A stretch of 64,000 nt of DNA from Candidatus Levyibacteriota bacterium (GTDB lineage Bacteria > Patescibacteriota > Microgenomatia > Levybacterales > UBA12049): contig PLZJ01000002.1 of NCBI GenBank assembly GCA_003152105.1, positions 311,761 through 375,760 of the forward strand, given 5' to 3'. Position numbers and translations under genes: made by a program. The number at the start of each line of letters is the position of its first letter. Position 1 is the first letter of the stretch. This document shows positions 38,845 through 49,372 of the stretch, in pieces. The notes beneath the pieces were generated by a model. That model was given only the letters and a program-made list of their open reading frames with translations, had not been told where the DNA came from and did not search any database.

Positions 38845-39354
38845 TTGTACTTCATAATGATCAAGAACGTTGCAATCGGCGTATTATTAATTGTAGTAAT
38901 AATTGAATCTGGCTTGTTACTTAAGCATTCGAGTTCACCTTCTCAGTTAGCAATGACACCACAGGCTTCGAATAAATCTACTTTACCTCCAGCAGGTCCA
39001 AATGCACTACGAAGAGGTGGGCCTCCGGTAATAATGAGTAAAGGTATGAATTTACTAACATCTCCACTTTTTAAATATGCATATCAAATTGCTCCCGGAG
39101 CTGTATCTACAGATTCACAGAAAGCACTCACGGGATGGTCCGTTGATTCAAAAACCGCCGCAGATGGATCAGTTGTTGTTTCATTAACACCTAAAGATTC
39201 TGATGACCAAAGTCAAACATATACGATAAAATCAGGAGAGAAATTATACTTTATTGAACAAACGCCAGCTGATGATAAAGTAGATCAAGATAAGGATTTA
39301 AATTATAGAGATGATTACGGAATAATAGTAGATCAGTCAGGCATCATTCAGTAG
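38845..39354 (+). CDS. hypothetical membrane-anchored / secreted protein
   Basis: N-terminal hydrophobic helix, then a Ser/Pro linker and a small hydrophilic domain. Confidence 0.35.
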   Translation: MYFIMIKNVAIGVLLIVVIIESGLLLKHSSSPSQLAMTPQASNKSTLPPAGPNALRRGGPPVIMSKGMNLLTSPLFKYAYQIAPGAVSTDSQKALTGWSVDSKTAADGSVVVSLTPKDSDDQSQTYTIKSGEKLYFIEQTPADDKVDQDKDLNYRDDYGIIVDQSGIIQ

Positions 39355-39372
39355 GAGTAAGTAGGTACCTAT

Positions 39373-40407
39373 TTATGAATGAACAATTTCCACTTCTGGT
39401 TCAGGCATAAAACCAAATGTTTCTTGATATTTTTTTTGTATAGTTCTAATAATTGCTTCAACATCTGCTGCTGTTGCCTTTCCTCTATTGAGAATAAAAT
39501 TTGTATGAAGTGGTGAGACTTGTGCTTCACCGATATGATATCCAGAAAAACCTAAACGATTATTAATATAACCTACTGATACTTTCCCATACCATTTAGT
39601 TGCTACTAAATGTGCTATATCTGGCCAAACAGTCAAAATTTTATCTATGTCTTCTTTTTCTTTAATGTTCTTAAATGTTGAACCTGTATTTGGATAAGTG
39701 TATGGATCTGGATGGTGTTGCTTTCGATAGAATATATTATTGTTGTAAACAAGCTTAGCTTTTTCAATTTCACTATTCGTACCGTCTTTTAGTTGAAATG
39801 TTGCAGACAAAACAATAAGACTCCTATCTTTTTTAACAACACTACTTCTGTACGAGAATGCAAGGTTGGATGATGGTACTTGCGTTTCGTTATACGAATT
39901 ATCAATAATTCGAAGTAAATTTGCTTCTTTTGTAACATCTTTAATTTCTCCACCGAATGCGCCAACATTACCTCGAATAGCTGCTCCGATTGTACTTGGT
40001 AAACCTCCCGCCCATTCAAGTCCCATGAGATTGTTTGAAAAGCCAGTTTGTATTACTGAATCTAGCGTTATCCCAGCGAATGCGCTAATACAATCACCTT
40101 TAACATTAATGTCAGATTGAGATGAGGTGGTTATCTCAGTATGTTGATTCCCGAACATGAAATCTGATGTATTGTCTTGAATTGGTGAAGAAGTAATATG
40201 GATTACGGCACCATCAAAATAATTATCCGTAAATAATAAATTCGCACCCATTCCAAAAATAAAATAGTTTTTTATATTGTGTTGGAATATAAAATCAAAA
40301 GCGTCTTTTACGTCTTGTTCAGAGGTGGCTTCAATAAAATATTTTGTAATTCCCCCAATTTTGTACCAAAGAATTTCAGATAAATCAAACTCTTTATAAA
40401 CTTGCAT
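39373..40407 (-). CDS. murB: UDP-N-acetylenolpyruvoylglucosamine reductase
   Basis: FAD-binding PCMH-type N-terminus (...IGGITKYFIEA...FIFGMGANLLFTD...), ...AGGLPSTIGAAIRGNVGAFGGEIKDV..., and a MurB C-terminal domain. Confidence 0.8.
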   Translation of the reverse strand: MQVYKEFDLSEILWYKIGGITKYFIEATSEQDVKDAFDFIFQHNIKNYFIFGMGANLLFTDNYFDGAVIHITSSPIQDNTSDFMFGNQHTEITTSSQSDINVKGDCISAFAGITLDSVIQTGFSNNLMGLEWAGGLPSTIGAAIRGNVGAFGGEIKDVTKEANLLRIIDNSYNETQVPSSNLAFSYRSSVVKKDRSLIVLSATFQLKDGTNSEIEKAKLVYNNNIFYRKQHHPDPYTYPNTGSTFKNIKEKEDIDKILTVWPDIAHLVATKWYGKVSVGYINNRLGFSGYHIGEAQVSPLHTNFILNRGKATAADVEAIIRTIQKKYQETFGFMPEPEVEIVHS

Positions 40408-40455
40408 AATTTTACGTATAGTATATCAGAAGTAAGTAGCTAAGAAGTGAAATTA

Positions 40456-42585
40456 TTATTCAACCCGACCAGTAAATGTTGATTTTGCGAGCATATCTTT
40501 AACAATGTTTTGTGGCACATCTTCATAATGTGATGGTTCCATGTAGTAACTTGCTCGTCCTTGAGACATTGATCTGAGTGTTGTCGCATAACCTGATAAT
40601 TCTGCAAGTGGCACCATTGCTTTTACGATAGTTGCGCGTGCACGTTCTTCCGTTCCAAGAATTTGTGCTCTTTTTGATGAAAGATCTCCGATAATGTCGC
40701 CCATAAATTCTGATGGAGTAGTGACCTCCACTTTCATTATAGGTTCAAGTAATGATAAATTAGCTTTTCTTGTTGCTGCCTGAAGTGCTTGAGAAGCTGC
40801 AATTTTAAAGGCAACTTCTGAAGAGTCTACATCGTGATAAGAACCATCATAGCAAGTAACTTTCATATCAACCATTGGATAGCCAAGCAGAATTCCATTA
40901 TCCATGGTTTCAATGACGCCTTTTTCAACTGCCTTAACATATTCAGCTGGTATCGCTCCTCCTTTAATTGCATTCACGAATTCGTATCCTTCTCCTCGTC
41001 CCGTAGGTTCAACTCGCAGGAAACAGTGGCCGTATTGACCTCTTCCTCCTGATTGCTTAATATATTTTCCTTCAGCTTCTGCTTGATTAGAAATGGTTTC
41101 CTTATATGCAACTTGAGGAGCTCCTACATTTGCCTCAACATTAAATTCACGTTTCATACGATCTACCATTACTTCAAGTTGTAATTCACCAATTCCTGAA
41201 ATAATAGTTTGGCCTGTTTCGTGGTTTGTTTTAACAGTAAATGTAGGATCTTCTTCGGTTAATCTTTTTAATGCATAGCCAAGTTTTTCTTGATCAGATT
41301 TGGTTTTTGGTTCGATTGCTAATGAAATGACAGGTTCAGGGAATGTAATTTGTTCTAAAATAATTTGATTTTGTTGTTCACAAAGTGTGTCTCCAGTACC
41401 GGTTTCTTTTAGTCCAACGATTGCTACAATTTCTCCGGCCCTTGCTTCTTTAAGTTCTTCTCTGGTATTTGCGTGCATAAGTAACAGTCTCCCAATTCTT
41501 TCTTGTGTATTTTTTGTGCTATTAAACGCGTATGAGCCTGATGCTATTTTTCCTGAGTAGACTCTAAAATATGTCAATTTACCAACGTGTGGATCGATTT
41601 GAATTTTGAAGGCAAGGCCAGCAAAGGGTTGATTATCATCAGCTATTCGTTCTGTCTCTTCTCCGGTTTTTGGATTAATTCCTTTCGCAGGCAATATATC
41701 TGCTGGAGATGGAAGGTAATCTACTACTGCATCAAGTAATGGTTGTACGCCTTTATTTCTAAGAGAAGTGCCAGCATAGATAGGCACCAGTTTATATGCT
41801 ATAACTGCTGCACGTAAAGCCTTTTTAAGTTCTTCAACACTTGGTTCTTCACCATTTAAATATTTTTCTAAAAGAGCATCGTCTGTTTCAGCAATTTTTT
41901 CAATAAGTTTATGACGATATTCTTCGACCTGAGACTTCATTTCTTCTGGGATATCATCAGATGTTTCATACTTTGCTCCAAGTTCATCTGAACCCCATAT
42001 AAGCGACTTTTTAGATAAAAGATCAACATTGCCTTTATATGTTTGTTCTGCTCCTATTGGAAGAACCATTATTGCTGGATTTGCACCTAATCTATCTTCA
42101 ATTGATTTTACTGTTGCTAAAAAATCTGCACCAAGTTTATCCATTTTGTTTACAAAACAAATACGAGGAACGTTATATTTATCTGCTTGTCTCCAAACTG
42201 TTTCAGATTGTGATTGTACCCCTTCTTCAGCATCTAGAACTGTTATGCCACCATCTAATACGCGAAGAGATCGTTCAACTTCTGCAGTAAAATCTACGTG
42301 ACCTGGAGTATCAATAATATTTATTCTACAATCTTGCCAAAAAGTAGTTGTTGCAGCAGATACTATAGTTATCCCTCTTTCTTTTTCTTGTTCCATCCAG
42401 TCCATTTGCGTATTGCCTTCATCAATATCTCCTATTTTATAGGTGCGGCCAGTATAAAAGAGTATTCGTTCTGTTGTTGTCGTTTTTCCTGCGTCAATAT
42501 GAGCAATAATACCTATGTTTCTTACTTTATCGAGAGAAAATTCTTTTTGTGGTTTTGGTTCAGCCATAATTATAAAAAATCCCAA
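40456..42585 (-). CDS. fusA: elongation factor G
   Basis: ...[21 protein letters not shown]..., [25 protein letters not shown]... Full-length, 709 aa. Confidence 0.95.
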   Translation of the reverse strand: MGFFIIMAEPKPQKEFSLDKVRNIGIIAHIDAGKTTTTERILFYTGRTYKIGDIDEGNTQMDWMEQEKERGITIVSAATTTFWQDCRINIIDTPGHVDFTAEVERSLRVLDGGITVLDAEEGVQSQSETVWRQADKYNVPRICFVNKMDKLGADFLATVKSIEDRLGANPAIMVLPIGAEQTYKGNVDLLSKKSLIWGSDELGAKYETSDDIPEEMKSQVEEYRHKLIEKIAETDDALLEKYLNGEEPSVEELKKALRAAVIAYKLVPIYAGTSLRNKGVQPLLDAVVDYLPSPADILPAKGINPKTGEETERIADDNQPFAGLAFKIQIDPHVGKLTYFRVYSGKIASGSYAFNSTKNTQERIGRLLLMHANTREELKEARAGEIVAIVGLKETGTGDTLCEQQNQIILEQITFPEPVISLAIEPKTKSDQEKLGYALKRLTEEDPTFTVKTNHETGQTIISGIGELQLEVMVDRMKREFNVEANVGAPQVAYKETISNQAEAEGKYIKQSGGRGQYGHCFLRVEPTGRGEGYEFVNAIKGGAIPAEYVKAVEKGVIETMDNGILLGYPMVDMKVTCYDGSYHDVDSSEVAFKIAASQALQAATRKANLSLLEPIMKVEVTTPSEFMGDIIGDLSSKRAQILGTEERARATIVKAMVPLAELSGYATTLRSMSQGRASYYMEPSHYEDVPQNIVKDMLAKSTFTGRVE

Positions 42586-42636
42586 TCAAGGGATGAATTT
42601 AGTATACCATAGTATGTGGTGATAATCTAGAACAAG

Positions 42637-43668
42637 TTAGTCAAAATATAACTGAGGGTTTGCTTGAACATTCTCCCACAATTGTTGTACTGGATTATAA
42701 AATGCTGCTGCCCCTATCATTGCTGCGTTATCAGTGCATAACTGCGCAGGAGGAACGGATAATTGAATAGGTAACTCTAGTGCACTGATGTGTTCTTGTA
42801 GTATTTTAATAAGTTTTTTATTTGCCGCAACGCCACCCCCAAGTAATATTGTTTTAGCTTGATATAGCTCAGCTGCACTAACTGTTTTTTTTACAAGTAC
42901 GTCAATTATCGCTTTTTGCATAGATGCAGCGATGTCAGCAATTAACTTTTCATCAAGAGCGTTATGTAGTTTTATTTCTCTAAGAACTGCAGTTTTTAAT
43001 CCTGAAAAGGAGAAGTCAAAATTATTAGATGCAAGTAATGCCCTTGGGAACCGAAATGCTTTTTCATTTCCTTTCTCGGCGATTTTTTCAATTGCAGGTC
43101 CACCCGGATATGTAAGCTTCAGAACTCTTCCGATTTTATCTAACGCTTCGCCAGCAGCATCATCTAGCGTTCCTCCAAGCCATGTTACATCTCCATGTTT
43201 TTTTAACAAGACCAAGTCTGTATGACCGCCTGACACTATCAATGCAAGAGCGGGGAAAGCAATATTTTTACTCTGAGGAGTTTCAATAAAATTTGCGTAT
43301 ATATGACCGTATAAATGATTAACTGGTATGAGTGGTTTATTCCATACAAAAGAAAGAGTTTTTGCCGTTTCAACCCCAACAAGTAGTGAGCCTATTAGTC
43401 CTGGACCATACGTAACAGCAACCGCGTCGATAGAAGGATTCGTTGAAGATATGTTAGCATCATGGAGTGTTTTAGTAATAACAGGGAGAATATAGGCAAC
43501 TTGATTTCTAGCAGCGTGTTCTGGAATAATACCGCCAGTTTTTGCGTGAATTTCCATAGAAGTTGCGATTGTTTGTGATATAAGTTTAATTGCTGCATTG
43601 CCTTTTCTACCTTCAACAATAGCGGCAGCAGTTTCATCGCAACTGGTTTCAATTGAGAGGATTTTCAT
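42637..43668 (-). CDS. tsaD: tRNA N6-adenosine threonylcarbamoyltransferase TsaD (Kae1/Gcp family)
   Basis: MKILSIETSCDETAAAIVEG..., ...HL.GH......., ...GGGVAAN..L. Confidence 0.9.
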   Translation of the reverse strand: MKILSIETSCDETAAAIVEGRKGNAAIKLISQTIATSMEIHAKTGGIIPEHAARNQVAYILPVITKTLHDANISSTNPSIDAVAVTYGPGLIGSLLVGVETAKTLSFVWNKPLIPVNHLYGHIYANFIETPQSKNIAFPALALIVSGGHTDLVLLKKHGDVTWLGGTLDDAAGEALDKIGRVLKLTYPGGPAIEKIAEKGNEKAFRFPRALLASNNFDFSFSGLKTAVLREIKLHNALDEKLIADIAASMQKAIIDVLVKKTVSAAELYQAKTILLGGGVAANKKLIKILQEHISALELPIQLSVPPAQLCTDNAAMIGAAAFYNPVQQLWENVQANPQLYFD

Positions 43669-43715
43669 TGTAGTGTTAGTATATATGTTTTGAAAACAAT
43701 GTAAATAAAGGCAAG

Positions 43716-44186
43716 CTATAAATTACTAAAGGTGACAGTATCTCCAACTTTAAATTTGTCTTTTTGTGAAAGTCCTGCATTAATTTCCAGTACTTTATCA
43801 GCTTTTTGAGAAGGTGTGATTACCGGAATTTGAGTATCTTGATAATAAGATGGGGCTATTGGTTGATTCGAAAAAATCTGTACTATTTTTCCGTTGTAGA
43901 CATAAATAATATCGAGTGGAAATTTCATATTTTTCATCCAAAACGCATACGTATCAGGTTTGTCAAACAAAAATAACATCCCTTGATTCGTATTTAGACT
44001 GGTTCTTCCTGATAAGCCTGTTTGTCTATCTTTTTCTGTTTTTGCTTCGATAAGCGTAAAGGAAACACTATTAATCTTTGCAGTTGGCGTACCAAATCCT
44101 AGTCCTCCGAATAACAAAGCTTTACTATAGGTTCCAATAATAATAATGAGTAATAAAACACCAAATAATCCAAGTATTAATTTCAT
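43716..44186 (-). CDS. DUF192 family protein
   Basis: N-terminal TM helix then ...TGLSGRTSLNTNQGMLFLFDKPDTYAFWMKNMKFPLDIIYV..., characteristic of DUF192 (COG1430). Confidence 0.6.
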   Translation of the reverse strand: MKLILGLFGVLLLIIIIGTYSKALLFGGLGFGTPTAKINSVSFTLIEAKTEKDRQTGLSGRTSLNTNQGMLFLFDKPDTYAFWMKNMKFPLDIIYVYNGKIVQIFSNQPIAPSYYQDTQIPVITPSQKADKVLEINAGLSQKDKFKVGDTVTFSNL

Positions 44187-44671
44187 AATGTATTTTTCTT
44201 TGCAAGCAATGTGGCAATATTACTTGTAGACGAATCTTTAATTTTTTTAATTTGTATAACCTGTGCGCCCGTTAATTTTGCTTGACGTATTTTGTGATGT
44301 AAATACGGATCGCCAAAGGTAGCAGCAATTATAGCAGGTTTTATTTTTTTTACCAGCGTATCGTAAGATGTATCATTTTCCATTTTTCCAAGAAGCAATA
44401 CAATATCAACACTGCGAAGCTCAGATAGTACTTTTGCTCTGTCTTTTTGTATATAAATTGGTCTACTTACTCCTTTGCTTCCCATAATGGTTTTGTCATC
44501 TTCCAAAAGGACAATTACCAAATCTCCTAGGCTTTTGGCGCGTTGTAAAAAATAAATATGCCCAATATGTAGAATATCAAAACATCCTCCGACAACAACA
44601 ATTTTTTTCTTTTGATCGTGCAATTTGTTAATTGTTTTTGATACATCGCGAGCAGATATAATAGTATTCAT
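44183..44671 (-). CDS. cytidylyltransferase-like nucleotidyltransferase (HxGH family)
   Basis: ...VVVGGCFDILHIGHIYFLQRAK... (the (T/H)xGH nucleotide-binding motif of RfaE-II / TagD / CoaD-like enzymes). Confidence 0.65.
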   Translation of the reverse strand: MNTIISARDVSKTINKLHDQKKKIVVVGGCFDILHIGHIYFLQRAKSLGDLVIVLLEDDKTIMGSKGVSRPIYIQKDRAKVLSELRSVDIVLLLGKMENDTSYDTLVKKIKPAIIAATFGDPYLHHKIRQAKLTGAQVIQIKKIKDSSTSNIATLLAKKNTL

Positions 44672-44724
44672 ACGACCGGATGTTATCAGTTTTACGGTAA
44701 ATGGTCAACGTATTATGCGCGGGT

Positions 44725-46197
44725 TTAACCTGTTCCTACTTCGAAAACAGCTTGCCAAGGTTGATAATTACTGGTAAATGTTTCATTGATTAAAACTACT
44801 CCGTTTCTAACAACTTTTCTTGTAAAGTAAACATTTGCTCCATTTGCAGAAAAATCTGTTTGTTTAACTGTGCCTTTTGGTAGCGAAGGGTCATTTTGAT
44901 ACAGCGCCGGTGGTGCAGGAGTTTGAGAAGTGATAACTGGTGTAGAAACTGTTGCTATTCTACCATCGCTCGTTCCGTAAAATGATACCGTTAATTTCAA
45001 GTTAACTGGGTCGATTGCAGTTTGAATTAAGATATAGTGACCAGTATCATTTTTAAACTTTAAGTCAACTGTGGGAACATAAATAGTAGCATCTATGCCT
45101 GGGGGAGAGTCTTCCTCATAGTATTCTACCCGATAAGCGTGAGCATGTCTTTCAACAACAGGTAATCCAGAGTTTAATATTGCTCTAAATACTGTAGTTG
45201 AAACCTGACATACGCCGCCACCATCTCCTAGCACTGTTTTTCCGTTTTGAATTACATATGCTTGTTTATAACCAGTAAACGAAGTTACATCACCTAGCGT
45301 TTGATCAAAAGAAAATGTGTCACCAGGCGCAACGAGTGCTCCATTGATACGAGAAGCAGCAAGTTCAATATTATAGATACGTGAATCTATTGATCCTTGA
45401 AATTGTGATTCTCCTTGACCGAGTAAATCAGTAATACCTAAATTGTTAACCTTATCTGTCGTAAGCTTGGGCTTTAGTGTTGAGACAGTTATGGGAATTG
45501 TATAATTGTTACTAGTGCTTGATCCAATAAGATAGGTAATTTTATTGGCTATTTCTTGTTTTATTTTTGCCTCATCAATTTGTTGTCCGTCAGCAGAAGG
45601 CCTAAATGCGCTAACTCTGCCGTTTGCAAACGTAAATATGGCGTCTACAGGAGCAAGGTAAACCTCCTTCTCAACAGGCAGAAGAATGGCGTGAATTTTT
45701 TCGTCATTATATGTTTTTTGTGAATTGAAAGTTACTCCATTAACATATGCTTGAAGAATAATGCTTAAGTTCGATAAAGGGTCTTTTGATCTTCCTATAC
45801 TATATGCGCCTACAGCAAGTAAATTAGCGTCATAACCAATGTTTAATGATTTTGCTGAAATAGTGGCTGTAGTGTCATTGTAGGTAAGTGTAAATTTATT
45901 TTTCCACATTACTGCGTTTTTTTCATTAAAATAATTTCTTACTTCATTTTGTGTTTTGCCACCAAAATTTACACCGTTTATCATGACACCAGGATAAATA
46001 CGGTTAGTATACAATTGTTGGAAAAGTATGTAGATGATGCTTGTTACCAGTAAAATCCCAAGAATCGCTCCAACAGAAAACCAAAAAATAATTTTTGCAC
46101 TTAAGGTAAAGATATTATGCTTTTTTTTGATAATTTGCTGCGAATTATCCTGAGGAATTACGTCTTGCGTTTTATTTTTTTTCCTAATGATACTCAT
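44725..46197 (-). CDS. VanW-domain protein (membrane-anchored)
   Basis: N-terminal TM helix. The C-terminal ...GYKQAYVIQNGKTVLGDGGGVCQVSTTVFRAILNSGLPVVERHAHAY... matches the VanW domain signature. Confidence 0.7.
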   Translation of the reverse strand: MSIIRKKNKTQDVIPQDNSQQIIKKKHNIFTLSAKIIFWFSVGAILGILLVTSIIYILFQQLYTNRIYPGVMINGVNFGGKTQNEVRNYFNEKNAVMWKNKFTLTYNDTTATISAKSLNIGYDANLLAVGAYSIGRSKDPLSNLSIILQAYVNGVTFNSQKTYNDEKIHAILLPVEKEVYLAPVDAIFTFANGRVSAFRPSADGQQIDEAKIKQEIANKITYLIGSSTSNNYTIPITVSTLKPKLTTDKVNNLGITDLLGQGESQFQGSIDSRIYNIELAASRINGALVAPGDTFSFDQTLGDVTSFTGYKQAYVIQNGKTVLGDGGGVCQVSTTVFRAILNSGLPVVERHAHAYRVEYYEEDSPPGIDATIYVPTVDLKFKNDTGHYILIQTAIDPVNLKLTVSFYGTSDGRIATVSTPVITSQTPAPPALYQNDPSLPKGTVKQTDFSANGANVYFTRKVVRNGVVLINETFTSNYQPWQAVFEVGTG

Positions 46198-46216
46198 ATA
46201 GGCAGAATTGGAATGA

Positions 46217-47857
46217 TTGCTCCATAGCTTCTTCTCGTATTATACTATATGTATGGACGAAACTACGCTTTTTAATTCAGCTCAAAATCAATCATCAGAA
46301 AAAGAAGCAAATGAAGTGAATGCTTTAGATAATCAAGATAAAAATATCACAGAAGGTAGTCAAGCACAAGTAACCCAAGAGCCAGTGATTCCAAAGGAAC
46401 CAATCGTTAATCCGCTTACAAATCCAAGCCCACTACCTACTTTTGACTCACCTTTATACCAGTCGCCAACATATGAAGAAAAAACACCTGGAGATATTCC
46501 TCCTCCGATAACGCAGTCTCGCAGACCCATACCGCTTGGCACTGTAATTAGGTTCTTGTTAGGGTTTGCAGTCTTTGTCGTAATTGCTATTGTGATATTT
46601 ATATTTGCAAAAAGTAATTTTGGAACGAAGCCTAAAATTACACTGACCTATTGGGGGCTATGGGAAGATCAGAATACTATGAATAGCATTATTTCTGATT
46701 TTGAAAAAAAGAACCCAAATATAATAATAAATTATCAAAAACAAGACATTGCGCAATATGAACAGCGTCTGCAGACAAGAATTCAAGAAAACGCAAGTGA
46801 CGCACCGGATATTTACCGATTTCATAATACATGGACGAGCTCACTTAGGAACTATTTAGCACCTGTGCCATCTACTACCATGACAACCGATATGTTTCAA
46901 AAAACATTTTACCCAGTGGCATCAGATGATTTGATTAAAAACAATGTGTTATATGGGATTCCACTTGAAATTGATACGCTCTCCCTGTTTATTAATACTG
47001 ATGCTTTCTCAGCAAGTGGTCAAAAAGCACCTACTGATTTAATTTCTGACTTTCCAAGAGTCGCAACACTATTAACTTCAGTGCAAAGCAATGGAGATAT
47101 AAATAAATCAGGTGTTGCGTTAGGAACCTATGATTATATTAATCATGCTCCTGATATTATTTCGTATCTTCTTGCGATTGAAGGAGTAGACTTAAAAAAT
47201 CTATCTTCAGATCAAAATCAAAAATATACAGCAGAAGCTCTCGATTATTACACCAAATACGCACTTTCTACCGATACACATCCAGCGCTTTGGAGTGATA
47301 AGCTAGGCAATTCACTTGATGCTTTTGCGCAGGGAAATGTTGCAATGTATTTTGGTTATTCATGGGATGTTAGTTTAATACAGGCTGAAAATAAAAATCT
47401 TCATTTTGCAGTTGTTCCTGTGCCTCAACTACCTCCAAACAAGACTACTATAGCAAGTTATTGGGCTGAGGGAGTATCCTCCAAAACGAAACACTTAAAA
47501 GAAGCAATGTTGTTTTTGAATTTTTTAGCACAAAAGCAAACAGAAGAAGAGTTCTATCAAGCAGCTGCGAAAGAAAGAGGGTATGGAGAACCATATGCGA
47601 GAGTTGATTTGGCTTCTACTTTGCAAAGTAATCCGTTAATATATCCTTTTGTAGAACAAGCAAGCTATGCAACCTCTTCGTACTTTGCAGGAGACACAGG
47701 TGACGATCCTGGGGTTGGGTTAAATGGTGTTATGGATCAATATTTATCAGGAGCAATTAATTCAATTCTGTCCACTTCAAATCCTACGAGTCCTCAAACC
47801 GCGGCTCAAACGCTAGGAACTCAAGTACAGCAGTCACTTCCGCAATATGGATATTGA
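46217..47857 (+). CDS. extracellular solute-binding protein (ABC-transporter family-1 SBP-like) with a Pro-rich N-terminal region and a TM anchor. No cognate permease/ATPase genes nearby
   Basis: ...LTYWGLWEDQNTMNSIISDFEKKNPNIIINYQKQ... and ...MYFGYSWDV... are typical of sugar-type SBPs. The start is possibly ATG 46253. Confidence 0.65.
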   Translation: MLHSFFSYYTICMDETTLFNSAQNQSSEKEANEVNALDNQDKNITEGSQAQVTQEPVIPKEPIVNPLTNPSPLPTFDSPLYQSPTYEEKTPGDIPPPITQSRRPIPLGTVIRFLLGFAVFVVIAIVIFIFAKSNFGTKPKITLTYWGLWEDQNTMNSIISDFEKKNPNIIINYQKQDIAQYEQRLQTRIQENASDAPDIYRFHNTWTSSLRNYLAPVPSTTMTTDMFQKTFYPVASDDLIKNNVLYGIPLEIDTLSLFINTDAFSASGQKAPTDLISDFPRVATLLTSVQSNGDINKSGVALGTYDYINHAPDIISYLLAIEGVDLKNLSSDQNQKYTAEALDYYTKYALSTDTHPALWSDKLGNSLDAFAQGNVAMYFGYSWDVSLIQAENKNLHFAVVPVPQLPPNKTTIASYWAEGVSSKTKHLKEAMLFLNFLAQKQTEEEFYQAAAKERGYGEPYARVDLASTLQSNPLIYPFVEQASYATSSYFAGDTGDDPGVGLNGVMDQYLSGAINSILSTSNPTSPQTAAQTLGTQVQQSLPQYGY

Positions 47858-48707
47858 GAAGGCAATACTTTATACGCTTTCCTATAGTGATATTTTTAAT
47901 TACCCACTTACATTAGAGCAAATTTGGTTTTATTTAATTTACCAAGTCCCCGTCTCAATAGGTGAAGTTGAAAGAGTAGTTAAAAAAAGTAAAAAAATTA
48001 GTCGAAATAATGAGCTACATTGCTTAAAAGGAAGAGAGGAAATTTTTGCAATGAGAAATAGTAGGAAAAGCAATAATAAAGAGAAAGTGCAAATTGCAAA
48101 ATACGCTTCGAAAATACTAGCATTTATACCAACTATTACTTTTATTGGTATAAGCGGTGCTGTAGCAATGGGAAATGCAAAAGAGGAAGATGATATAGAT
48201 TTTGTAATACTTGTTCAAAAAAATTCTCTGTGGATAACAAGATTGTTATGTATTGCATTGCTAGATACATTGCAGCTTAGAAGAAAAAGAAAAATAAGAA
48301 AGGTTGCAAATAAAATTTGTCTTAATTTATTTATATCTTCAGATTATGTATTCGGCAACTCAATGCAAAATATTTATACGGCACATGAGGTGGTTCAAAT
48401 AATGCCATTGTTAAATAGAAATAATTCGTACCTTTCTTTTCTAAAAAACAACAATTGGACAAAAAAACTATTACCAAACAGTTTTGAAAGAGAGGGGAAT
48501 TATGTAACTAACAATAAACCAGTGTTTAAAAATCTTGTCCCAGTATTAATTATGTTGGAGCCGATAGCAAAGTATTTACAACTCCTTATTATGAAAAAAC
48601 ACATAACAAGCGAAGTTTTGACCTCTAATATATTGGCATTTCACCCATACAATTATAACCAAAAAATAGTTAATGGATATCTTAGAAAGATTAAGAAATT
48701 TTCTTAA
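47847..48707 (+). CDS. Pol-beta-superfamily nucleotidyltransferase domain protein
   Basis: ...GISGAVAMGNAKEEDDIDFVILV... (GS-x10-DDxD minimal NTase motif). The ATG overlaps the stop of the upstream SBP gene (ATGGATATTGA), which implies translational coupling. Confidence 0.5.
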   Translation: MDIEKAILYTLSYSDIFNYPLTLEQIWFYLIYQVPVSIGEVERVVKKSKKISRNNELHCLKGREEIFAMRNSRKSNNKEKVQIAKYASKILAFIPTITFIGISGAVAMGNAKEEDDIDFVILVQKNSLWITRLLCIALLDTLQLRRKRKIRKVANKICLNLFISSDYVFGNSMQNIYTAHEVVQIMPLLNRNNSYLSFLKNNNWTKKLLPNSFEREGNYVTNNKPVFKNLVPVLIMLEPIAKYLQLLIMKKHITSEVLTSNILAFHPYNYNQKIVNGYLRKIKKFS

Positions 48708-48750
48708 AAATAATGTGATAGAGGTATAGTAATTTAACTACTAGAGGTTC

Positions 48751-48780
48751 TTGACAAACCTTAATAAATACTGCTAATAT
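48751..48780 (+). promoter_or_regulatory. sigma70-type promoter upstream of greA (TTGACA-18-TAATAT). A 12-bp perfect palindrome AAGCAATTGCTT in the leader (48808-48819)
   Basis: Direct sequence reading. Confidence 0.4.
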
Positions 48781-48813
48781 GCCGAGTGATTATCATTATT
48801 CCTCAAGAAGCAA

Positions 48814-49317
48814 TTGCTTGGGGAATTTATTTTAAAAAGCCGTATGGATAAGAAAAAAATTTATTTAACAAAAGAACGACTAGAAGAACTAAAGCATGAA
48901 CTTTTGGAGCTTTCACAAGTTAAGCGTCCTCAAGTGCTTGAGAGAGTTTCTTCTGCGAGAAACATGGGAGATTTATCTGAAAATGCAGAATATGTTGCTG
49001 CTAGAGATGAATTATCATTTATCGATGGACGAATTGATGAACTCGAGCAAATTGTTAAGCAAGCAGTATTAATTGATAAGGTGGCCGCAAAAGGAGTACA
49101 TAAGGAAATCGAGATAGGCTCTACAGTGACGCTTCATATAAAAGGCAAAAAAGAAGATTATATGATTGTGGGAGAATGGGAAGCGAATCCAGCTGAAAAA
49201 AAGATTTCTCATGAATCACCTCTTGGTAAAGCGTTAATCGGGAAAAAAGCTGGAGAAAAAGTTGAAATAGAAGCACCAGCAGGTAAAGTACTCTATACAA
49301 TAGTTAGTATTGCGTAA
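48814..49317 (+). CDS. greA: transcription elongation factor GreA (likely start ATG 48844)
   Basis: ...YLTKERLEELKHEL..., ...ARNMGDLSENAEYVAARDELSFIDGRI.ELE..., C-terminal FKBP-like ...SPLGKALIGKKAGE.VE... Confidence 0.85.
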   Translation: MLGEFILKSRMDKKKIYLTKERLEELKHELLELSQVKRPQVLERVSSARNMGDLSENAEYVAARDELSFIDGRIDELEQIVKQAVLIDKVAAKGVHKEIEIGSTVTLHIKGKKEDYMIVGEWEANPAEKKISHESPLGKALIGKKAGEKVEIEAPAGKVLYTIVSIA

Positions 49318-49372
49318 AATAATTCGTATTATTGTAGCGTAGCATTCTTGACATTTTAAGTGCGTAGTATTA

